Positions 1-15,968 of a DNA stretch of 64,000 bases are shown piece after piece. The DNA is from Cercozoa sp. M6MM (lineage: Eukaryota > Protista > Endomyxa: Ascetosporea), in the NCBI GenBank assembly GCA_040357565.1, contig JBDODJ010000010.1. One strand, given 5' to 3'. Below the pieces are notes generated by a model. The model saw nothing but the letters and a program-made list of their open reading frames with translations. It made no database searches and was not told the DNA's origin. Position numbers and translations under genes: made by a program. Positions within the stretch are counted from its first letter, which is position 1. Each line of letters begins with the position of its first letter.

Positions 1-59
<59 letters not shown>
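1..59. repeat. (TG)n microsatellite inside an intron of the YqgF-like gene
   Basis: Direct reading. Confidence 0.97.
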
Positions 60-61
<2 letters not shown>

Positions 62-89
62 TCCATACAGCCCCAGCAAACAAAGGAAC

Positions 90-698
90 CACTGCGACGG
101 CGTTATGATGCCGCATGAGCGCTTCAACGGCCAGTGACACAGAACGCATGCTGCCGGCCGAGCGCTGCAATGTTTGAACCGGCCGAACTGTCATTAAGAG
201 CGGATCGCTCACCGCGATGCCCTATAACATACATGCACGTGCCGAACCAGAGCGTGCAGGGAAGCAAACCACATAGCGCGCACCCGGGTCGATACCGAGC
301 ACAGTGCCACGACCGCGAGTTGATGCTAGCAGTTTGCGCAGCTACAGACACGCATATGAAAAGACATTTCCACGAAAATACACATTTAAGCGTTGCGAAA
401 GAGCCGAGGGAGAAGCTACGCGCTTAAAGTCGTCAGCAGTCGCAGTTGCAGGCTCAAGCTTAGGTGAGCTGTCTCGGGTTCGTGCAATTACATGGCCAGA
501 AGATCGCAACTCACGCTGCCATTGCAGCTCATGGGCATCCATGCCTGTCGTACCTGCGCGCCCAAAGTGCAGTGAGCCCAACCCAGGTGACTCATCCTGT
601 TTCTTCTTCTTTCTTGTAGACAGCGCCGATCGGCCGCCTCGTTTTCGCGCTAAGTAGCGCTTTGACATTGCGGCTAAACTACGCTGTGCTCTAAACAT
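90..698 (-). CDS. YqgF/RuvX-family (RNase H-like) nuclease with probable mitochondrial presequence; 5' part only, continues off the left edge
   Basis: Spliced translation ...LRKLLASTRGRGTVLGIDPGARYV|GIAVSDPLLMTVRPVQTLQR...LMRHHNAVAV matches the YqgF N-terminus pattern (LALDxGxxxxGxAVSDP). N-terminus MFRAQRSLAAMSKRYLARKRGG is Arg-rich and acid-free. Introns are GT-AG. Confidence 0.75.
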
Positions 699-765
699 GC
701 CGAGGACTCGAATTGATACAGTAAAATTATTCTGTATTACAGTGGCAGTTTTTTTTTTTTTAATA

Positions 766-1699
766 TGAATTGCTCGCCAGCTACTGTGCTTATCGGATCG
801 GAACGCCGTGCTGCGTGACTAAGTGCCTGTATTGTGCCACTTAGATACAGTGTTTGGCTGCACGCCAATCTGACAAGCCGCTCGGCGCTCACTTTTTCAT
901 CTGGCGCAGATTGCAGGATGCGCTCGTCGCGTTCGAGTCACAAAACGAAGGCAAAAAATGCCGCTCTGCCTGCCAAGACAACGCAAAAGAGTTCTTCAAC
1001 CACCCAGATGGAGATCTCGCCGTCACGGCTCGTGCAGGTATGTATGCATGTCGTTTTGCACTTGCGTAGCTCCTGTATTGTTTTGTAGTTAAGTGCGTGG
1101 CTCGCGATGCTCGTATGGACTGCACAAATGCAGTTTGCGAGGTACATCGCACACGTACACTCAATACCCTGGTGTTATTACTTGTGTGCGTGTAGCACGT
1201 TTTTGTTTGTGTCGCTGTGTTACGCGGCGCTTCGGCACTGCGGTGAGCGGCGTCGGTACCACCTGCCCTTCCAGTGTTTTAACTGCTTATGTCACCAAAA
1301 CACGCGTCGATAGCCGTCGTATTGATCGCCTGATCGAAGCAGAGATACATAGTCAAATTCGTAAAACGCGGGGTACCACATTTGCCATACTACGCTTCCC
1401 GTTTACTCATCAATTAATATGATGTAGCTCATGGATGTACGTGTGCAAGTGAACCAAATCCCAAGATGACCGACGCCGTCAAAAATAACAAAAATGAAGA
1501 TCACCAGATATGTTTTTGCGGCGTTCGGCGGCCACGCACACCTGTGCCGGCCGAAGCGAGGTATGGGACACATTGGGAGTGCACGTTGTTCGATGCACGG
1601 ATGCACGTTGCAGATGCCACTGCAGTCCGCAACAGTGTCAACAGCGATGGAGCAAGCAACCTGATCGGTAACCGACGGAACTTTGTGTTGTGTATCGCG

Positions 1700-1769
<70 letters not shown>

Positions 1770-2611
1770 GTACGAAACAGCTCGGTGTTTACGGCGCTCG
1801 GTTTGACACGTGACAAGAGGCGAGATGTACTTTTTGTTTTGTGTTTGTGTCCTTTCCTCTTGCATCGTATGTATGCAGGACGAGTTGGAGCTTGTTCACG
1901 GCTGCTCCTTAATTCAGTATATTCCCTTGTAATAGCTGGATACCTCTCAGTGTACAAGATCGTTTAGCGTTTCTGATGATGGAACGATGGCTGCTTTGCT
2001 GCGGTAATGCCCACTTAAAAAAACAGCACTAAACCTCACTAAATCTCGTTCTATAGCCACTCGCGCGAGCAGCGGCAAGCGATGCATGACCGCGTGGCTC
2101 GCGAGGATTTTGAAGCTACCGTGCGCTTTTTGTTTTTGCTTTGATTCCCTTGTCAACTTCGTTTGTTTAATGTAGGTGCGACGGCTTGCGACGAAGCTAC
2201 CCGAAGAGAACATTAATTTCGATCACAGCAATCTTGAAAACAGCGATATGCGTGACGACACAGTGGCTGGGGCCTCGTTTTTTGTTCGATCCTTCTTGCA
2301 AGACATGGTACTATTTAGTCTGTTTCTCTTGGTACTGAACGCATGTACCTGTAGAATACGACGCAATCACGTAGCACGGTACTTCCGTGTTTGCAGCGAG
2401 CTGTTTCAGCACGTGTATGGGATCCCCCCCCCCCCCCTGCATAGGCTCCTATGGTCAAGCGCGCCAGCAAGGCTGCCAACCAACTCTGCAAGTGCGGCAG
2501 TGGACGTATTCGCTTTCTTGTGTCTTTTGACTGCTTCTTTGCCAGAATCAGAGCTATTGTGTGTTTGCAGGCAAGTACAAGAAGTGCTGCATGATCCGGC
2601 ACTCTAACTAG
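766..2611 (+). CDS. Multi-exon hypothetical protein with C-terminal SEC-C (SecA-type metal-binding) motif; start uncertain
   Basis: Last exons splice to APMVKRASKAANQLCKCGSG|RKYKKCCMIRHSN*, matching the CxCGSGxxYKxCC motif. A chain of GT-AG exons lies upstream. Confidence 0.6.
1703..1768. repeat. (GT)n microsatellite, intronic
   Basis: Direct reading. Confidence 0.97.
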
Positions 2612-3169
2612 TCACGGGTAACGTAAATCGACGCAACGCTTTAGTTCGAGTTCAGTCTATTCCGTTTAGAAACCGACTATCGTGCCGTGCGTACTCCTCT
2701 ATACCAGTACTCGACTAGACCTGAGGTGGGAACACCCGACGTGGTCTATACGATACGCAAGAGAGATGCACAGACGCAACATAGCGAGGAACAAATGGCT
2801 TCGACTTGATGGAAGTTGAAGGAACTGAAGCTGGCATAAGAGAAATCATCAATGCCACCATCTACGATGCAGAAAGAGTTGCAATATGGCAGTATATCAA
2901 ACACGTAAAGTAACAAGGAGAGACACTGATAGCTCAAAGGCAGGACCAGTTTTCAAGGCAATATTTCCATAGGAAGCAATTAGAGCTGCATCAAATGCCT
3001 CCGGTGTTAACCGACCTTGAAGAAACGTCATCAAGCACGATCTTCGAAATCCGTCACGGCGCCCGGAGCGCCGGGACAAAAAGAATGACAACAGAAAGTT
3101 AGAGTGGTTGTTTTTGTTTGAAGTTTTCACTCTTGTGATTACTAATCGGGCCGCGTGATAAACACCTGA

Positions 3170-3445
3170 AGGATACTACGCTGATCAAGACTTCACCCTC
3201 CGTGACATCTGCCGTGACATTGACACCTCGTCAACATTGAAGCCTGCGAGGCCAAGCTCGAGCAAGTTCAAGAGAATGTCCAGCTCAGCCGAGAGCTGGG
3301 CATCGATGCCGAAGACATGGCCATCCTCAACTGCCAGGAAATCTGGGGCACTTTCCCAGATTTCCGAGGATGGCTCATGGCCAACCCCCTCCGGATCCTG
3401 ACCCCCGGCAGCAAATCCTTGTACGCCAACACCGGCCGAAGGTGC
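3170..3445 (+). pseudogene. Frameshifted intron-less coding relic of unknown origin
   Basis: C-ending codon-rich stretch reading GYYADQDFTLRDICRDIDT / LVNIEACEAKLEQVQENVQLSRELGIDAEDMAILNCQEIWGTFPDFRGWLMANPLRIL with one frameshift and no start context. Confidence 0.3.
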
Positions 3446-4143
3446 ATGCAACCCCTTGCATATTTTCAGCGAGTGTCAGTGCTCTACTGGCAAACCTGAG
3501 GGAAAAATTGACAGGGCAGACAGCAAAGACATGGATTTGGGCTAGCATGCAAAAGCTACACAGCTACCCAATGGGCAAAGCGACACGGCAGGGAGTACAA
3601 CGCTCATGCAGAGTGTTAACAATAAGGTAGTTGTTGGCGGCGGGAAGCTCTCTACTAAGCTGAACCCTTTCGCTACGAACTCAATCTGTTGTTCACATTC
3701 CTGAATCTGCTGTTCACAATTCCAACTCTCCCAGAACGAAGAAACAACAGGAGTGCTCAAGCGACCGAGGACCCAACACCAGTCTGTGAGTCTCAGAATG
3801 ACGAAATCGAATGATTTGTCATTTGTCAGATGGACTTGAGTAAGAGTTCGTAGTTCAGCCGATAGATGCCGATTGGATCGGCAAAGGTCCCGACGTCGAT
3901 GGTGAGGATCGACAGCTGCATTGACGTTTGAAACGCGTGCCCAGGTGCACTACGTCAACATCGAGACGGCAAGAAACTAGTCGCGTTTGCCATCTCACCT
4001 CCTCCCCGTGCAAGCGACTGCGCAAATTGCGCAAGAAACGCGCCGTTTCGGGACGGGAGTCGCTATGTGTTGTCAGTTGGTGTGTGGCATTAAGTGGCAT
4101 TAAGTGCAGCTGAGTGGTGTTTCCGTTTGACGTCGTGTATCGC

Positions 4144-10424
<6,281 letters not shown>

Positions 10425-10921
10425 CGAAATCGATTTGCATCGCGACCTGCAAGATACCAAGCTCCGACAACGTCACTTGTTTTTTGGAGAAGAACACAAG
10501 CCACGGGCGTCGGTACGTGAAGCACGCTCGCTGTACGAAGATGACGACTAATGAAACATATCGTCTGAAGTTAACGTGAAGATAACTAGAAGATCATCTC
10601 CGCCTACAGTAAACTCGCAAGTCACAGCGATATCTACACACCCTAAATTTAAATATACTGATGTATCTGTTCAATACGATAAGATTGGTCAGGAGAGTGA
10701 TGAGTCATATGATTAAAGCCACAGCGCTACTAAAGACTGAATAAATTTAAATTAGTTACACGAACTCGGGCGCTACTGCCTCTACCTTGTTAAGGGAGTA
10801 TTTCTGGCCTGTCTGATAGCTCGGATCAGTTGGAGCGACTTCAGTTGTTCTTGGCATTCTCAAACCGCGTGCGATTCGCCTTATACTCAAGTCCATCTGA
10901 CATAATTTACATCCTGAGACT

Positions 10922-11124
10922 TCTACCTGGCATTGTCAAGTGTTGTGCAGACCTGACTTCCTAGCTTGAGTCAAGCTTTATACTGCTCATCGCACTTTGA
11001 CTGCAGGTATCTCTTCTCAAGCTTCCTTTTACGGAGCTTTTGTCCCTTCGCACTTGATACGTTCTGCCGTGATAGTGCTTGGGGTGTTTTTTAAATTTTA
11101 ATTACGATCAACAAGCCTTCGAGC
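10922..11124 (-). repeat. Interspersed repeat copy A (probable transposon relic)
   Basis: Reverse complement aligns closely with 47879-48054, e.g. CCCAAGCACTATCACGGCAGAACGTATCAAGTGCGA and GCTTGAGAAGAGATACCTGCAGTCAAAGTGCG. Confidence 0.85.
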
Positions 11125-12025
11125 TTCCAACGACCTTTTCTAAATTTAAATTTACAAGGGTATGTCTTCTAATCCTCCGCATCGACGCCATTCTAACTGA
11201 CGTTTAACCTACTTCCTTTATTTAGTCGTCTTCAATACCTTAACGCACATGGCGGGGTTTTTCGAGGCAGGATCAGAATCAAATCGCCATCTGCGCAGCG
11301 CTATATTTTAATGAAAACGCTGTTTAAGCGGCATTTAAGCCTTACAGCAAGAGACCTGCCTAAACGGTCCTTGATTTCTACAGTGGTATGAGTGACGAGA
11401 AAAACCCGTTGGACAAACTGCTTCCGTTCATCATCAGCACCCACTCCGTGTCGCTTCAAGACGCAGCTGCGCATTCCCAATCATATTTCTATGCGCCAGC
11501 ACTGCCCGGGCAAGTTGCAATTGCGCGTCCGTTCTTCGGGGCACAGAATCAAGAAGGGAGAGGCTGAAACTTGCTTTGGGTATGCTTGAAGCTGAACAAC
11601 CCGAAAGCGACAAACAAGTGCCAGAAAGTGGAGAAGTCGCTGCGCACCTTCCCGACTGTCCTCAGTTCGAGCCGAAGCGGTCTGCGGAAGACACTTGTTG
11701 GCATTTACGAGGTCGTTGTTGAAAACACCACGCTGACAGCGCTGTCACGCCGTCTCAATCGCGGCGAAGAGTACGTGAGGAACTAGCGTCGGCGCATTAT
11801 CGCGACTCTAGCGCCGGTGGAACGCAACCGAGAAGCCGACCGGACTTCCAGCTCCTCGAACGCGTTGTGTAATGCCCAATCAATCAAAAATGCTCAGTCA
11901 TTACGGCGTAATTACGAACCCTCTGTTCTCTGTGTACGGTACGCGAGTCGGTACCAGCACAGAGGATTCAGTTACTATGTATTGCGATTGGTGTGCGATT
12001 GGTGTGGAACTGAACTACGCTGCGT

Positions 12026-12096
12026 CTAATCCTCGTCCTCATCGCCAGCCGGTTGGTTCTCGGCATAGGCTGCCTCCATCATCTGCCGAACTCGCT

Positions 12097-12151
<55 letters not shown>

Positions 12152-13997
12152 TACGCACAAAGACAACACAGACAGACAGATACACGTACACACGTACACA
12201 CAACACAAGTAATGCCGAAAGTGTAAAGACGGTACCTCATCATCATCATCACCGACAGCACGCGGCTGCACATAAAATACAGACAAGTACATGCATGCAT
12301 GTACCTGCAATATAGAGAGTACGCGAGCAAAGACGGAAACGTTGCCGTTGCTCTTCTCGATATCGGTCTGTGAAGTACCAGGAATAGGGTCCAAAGATAA
12401 CCATGGGCTAGCACGCGGCCTACCTGAATGGCGTCAATGACCTGCTGCAGCTTCTCAATGCCGGCACGCTTATCCATCGACTGCAGCGTCACAATGAAGC
12501 GAGGGGGGCTACAAAGGGTACAAGAGGTATCCGGAGGCAGAAGAATAGAAAAAGAGAAAGGAAAATGCACGCGATTAGCTTGATGTCGACCTCATCGTCC
12601 TTGGATTCGTAGCCCCCATCGGCGTTTTTGAAAAGGTCGCGGCCCACCTGTACGTATATAGTTATAATGTCAACAACCGTACTATTCGATGTCCATACCA
12701 TGAGAGCGCGCTTAATGGCGTCAACACCCTCGTAGTCGACGCACGTCACATCAATCGTCGTTCGGAGCTTGTACCTACACGTGCATACGTCCGGGCGGAG
12801 TGGAGGAGAAGTTAATGTAGCAAGCCTACGTTTTGACCTTGAAGCACTCGCGCTTTTGCACCTCGCTCACGAGAATCTCGGCCACCTCGGGCTGTACCAC
12901 AAAAATCCCATTCGATGAATCTCAACGTCATCAGCAATAGAGACATGGTTTACGTCAATGTTGAACTCGCCAACAACCACCTGCCCAGACATGACCTTAG
13001 AGTACACACAGGGCATGAAAAGCAAAGCAGACAAAACTAACCTCCGGCTCAACCGCCATGCGACGCAGCGCTGCGAAGGCGTGGCCGTATTTGCTGTACA
13101 TCTGCCAACCGAACGCCTGCAAACACATTCACCGACCTTACCGCTTGCCACCTTGTTGAAGCAAACAAAGTGATGTCGCACCTCGTAGAGCGCAAGCTTG
13201 GTGGCATCCTTGTTGCCGTGCTTCTGTGTATAGACAGGATCAGCCCGCCAGCGTTTGTCCTATCCGTTAAACAAGGCTACCTCGTTGAGCAACTCAGCCA
13301 CACGGGCAAGCGTCGAATGCACATGCGTCGCCTTGGTGTATCTGCCCCAAAATGTGCATTCATACGTACCTGTACTTACATCACAACGCACCTATCCTTG
13401 GCGGCCTCAATCGCCTGGACACACCAAATCCCAAAGTAAAAATATCAAGGGAAGGGGGGGGGGTACAGCGGCGTCGCCCTCGATGTCCTTCTTGGACAGA
13501 TCGATGTCGCCGCGCTGCTCGTCTACGCGCATGACCGACGCGACGTCCTTCTTGCCAACGCGAATTAACCTTTGTACATGCAGGTACATATGCGTTGTGC
13601 GACAATGGGGGGGGGGGTAGCAACAACGTACGATTGCACGGAGCGAATGCGGCGCTTTGACAGTTGCGACATGAGAATCATACCTATGACAATGTATGTG
13701 CACCGCTTGCACTAACCCAGCACTTCCCGGTACCCTCAACGCCGTTGTACTCGAGAAGCTCCACATAGGCGCCGACCTAACCAAAACATGATATTCAAAA
13801 AATAAAGAAACCACATGCACGTCCCAGCATCTTACCTCGGTGATCCTCTTGACCTCCACGAAGACAACTTCGCCGACCTCGGGGAATTTGTTCTTGTACT
13901 ACGAGCACACGCCCACAGAGTTGGACACAACTTTAGCATGGGACACACAAACACAAAAAAAAAATCGCTTTACGAAGCGACAGTTCTCGCGCGACAT
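12026..13997 (-). CDS. EIF2S1: Translation initiation factor eIF2 alpha subunit
   Basis: Spliced MSRENCRF|YKNKFPEVGEVVFVEVKRITE|VGAYVELLEYNGVEG|MILMSQLSKRRIRSVQS|LIRVGKKDVASVMRVDEQRGDIDLSK ... IDVTCVDYEGVDAIKRAL ... PPRFIVT ... PRAVGDDDDE, with an acidic C-terminus. Confidence 0.95.
12101..12148. repeat. (CA)n microsatellite in the last eIF2-alpha intron
   Basis: Direct reading. Confidence 0.95.
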
Positions 13998-14092
13998 GAT
14001 TTAAGCTTCAGCTGCCTCTAGCAATCACACTACGGGTCCGTGTAAAGAGCTCTCGGCAGCGAGGAGTTTTTTTCTTGTTTCCGGGACAAAAA

Positions 14093-14106
14093 TAAGCGGG
14101 GCATAC
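14093..14106 (+). promoter_or_regulatory. Candidate upstream motif TAAGCGGGGCATAC in the eIF2-alpha/DnaJ divergent promoter
   Basis: Near-identical TAAGGGGGCATAC on the minus strand at about 55066-55078. Related TTAA(A)G(C/T)GGC cores precede other ATGs. Confidence 0.4.
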
Positions 14107-14181
14107 ATCTGTCGTTCGGCGCGAAATCGCGATTTAGCGTTTACTCGACCTACGAGAACGGGAAATATTTTTGCCGCAAAC

Positions 14182-15751
14182 ATGGGTGTGACAAACTTAG
14201 ACTGCGATGTGTTCGCATGGAATGTGTGGCGTTATTGTTCGCTGTCTTTTAATGCTTCTTCATGTAGCTGTGGACGAATGGGAGCACAAAGCGCGCGAAG
14301 TGCTGCGCGCCCGGAACTTTTATGGCGTTCTTGGTGGTACACTTTGATGCTTGTAAGAAGTGTACTTTGTGTATTTTTGTGGCAGTGGATAGGAGTGCCA
14401 CGTCAGCTGAAATCACGCGTGCCTACAGGAAGCGGTAGCTGTTTTGCTCTAGTATGTTTGTACACGCACACCCACATTTTTGCGAGCAGGGCGATGAAAT
14501 TTCACCCGGACAAGAATCCCCGACGGGCTGAACTTGCTTCCGAAGTGTTCAAGAAGGTTACGAGTGCCTACTCCTGTCTCAGCGACGCCGAGAAACGCCG
14601 ATTCTACGATGCCACCGGTTCTGAATCGCCGCAACAACACGGTACCGCTTTGTTTACAGTTTTTGAAACGACAAAGAAGGAGGTGTGGTGCATGCCCGTT
14701 GTGCCTGATGGTTACAGGCATGAGACAGCGACAACATGCGCACATGCACATGCACCACGCCGATGTCGACGACTTGTTCCGCGCCTTTTTTGTACCCATT
14801 GTCCTTGTTCCCTTGCATTTTTCTGCTCCTCTGACTGCTCCTTTACCCTTTAACCCAGGGTCACCAAGGTGGTCCATTCATGTACACCCGTCGCGCGGGC
14901 CCGTTCCAACGACAGCACTTTTTCCGACAGCAGCGACCGCGTGCGCAACCTGAAGTAAGAACCATGTGAATAGATACGCCAACATCATGTCTGATTGCAG
15001 GAGAGGCCGTGGACGACGCTGTTGCTGCAGTTTCTGCCTCTCATTGTACTACAGCTGCCTGCCTTTTGTTTGTTTCGAAGACGCTTTTGCGTGTAGGTAT
15101 TGTTGCTGTCACAAGTGTTCACTGCGGGAGTATTTTCATCGTCCAATGCTGCTGCCGAACACTCCGACCTTTTTCGGTGCATGTGAGCGCCTTTGCGTCA
15201 TTATCAATTCGACCAATTATGTTCTACCTTCATTTTACTTTTACACCAACAGCTTGAAACGCGAGCGCGGCTTTTCGCGACGGCAGCAGTCGCAGCTGCA
15301 CCGCGACGAAGCCTACTTTGTGCCGCGTGATTTCCTGCACGTTGTGAGGTGCAGCTCACCTCTTCTATAATTTGCACCGTCTACCTCTATTACCTTCCCA
15401 CTTTACCCTCGCATTCATTTGGACTGTAGAGACGCAAACATGAGACAGCAGATAGATTCCCTTGTGCATCGCGCCTACTTGGTAGAATTCCCCCTGTATG
15501 CACGAATGCCGCCATGCCTTTTGATTTTCAGAACAAATACGCAAGCGAGTGTCACGAAGAGTACCGGAAGGCGCAAGATAAAGTTGCCACAGGCACGGCT
15601 GACAAGCAGGATTTCTTGCGCGCGTCCGATCAATGTCGGTTCTTTCATCCCTCCATCCATCGTCGGTGGTTAATGTTGTTTCTTTGTTTCCTGCGCAGAC
15701 ATGGATTACGTCAGGAGTTGTCAAAAGTACCAAGAATCCCTGTACTCCTGA
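14182..15751 (+). CDS. DnaJ co-chaperone, DNAJB12/14-like (J domain, TM, DUF1977-like tail)
   Basis: RNFYGVLG|VDRSATSAEITRAYRKR|AMKFHPDKNP...FKKVTSAYSCLSDAEKRRFYD. Hydrophobic LLLQFLPLIVLQL segment. C-terminal YFVPRDF...ECHEE...SCQKYQ. Confidence 0.85.
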
Positions 15752-15886
15752 GCCGCGGCAGCCATTGAAGCGACGCAAGATTGCGTATGCGTGTGTGCGC
15801 CATAGTTCAGTCTATTAAGAAACCAACTACGTAGTTTCCCTGTACAGCGTCACAACTTGAAGCGCATGCTCGCGATCGACTGTAGC

Positions 15887-15928
15887 GTAGCCGTAATTGG
15901 TAGCCGTAATTGGTAGCCGTAATTGGTA
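15887..15928. repeat. 13-bp tandem repeat (TAGCCGTAATTGG) x3 between convergent 3' ends
   Basis: Direct reading. Confidence 0.9.
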
Positions 15929-15968
15929 GAGCCATAATAGAATGCGATGTAGCGTATGAAGCATCTGG

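Noticed and set aside
270-345. Tex/SRBD1 assignment from VLGIDPG
   Set aside because: The following GIAVSDP and the short N-terminus fit stand-alone YqgF better.
10805-10860. tRNA-like TAGCTC..GTTGGAGC segment
   Set aside because: No T-loop GTTCRA or acceptor stem.
15887-15928. CRISPR-like array
   Set aside because: The repeats have no spacers, the context is eukaryotic and there are no cas genes.
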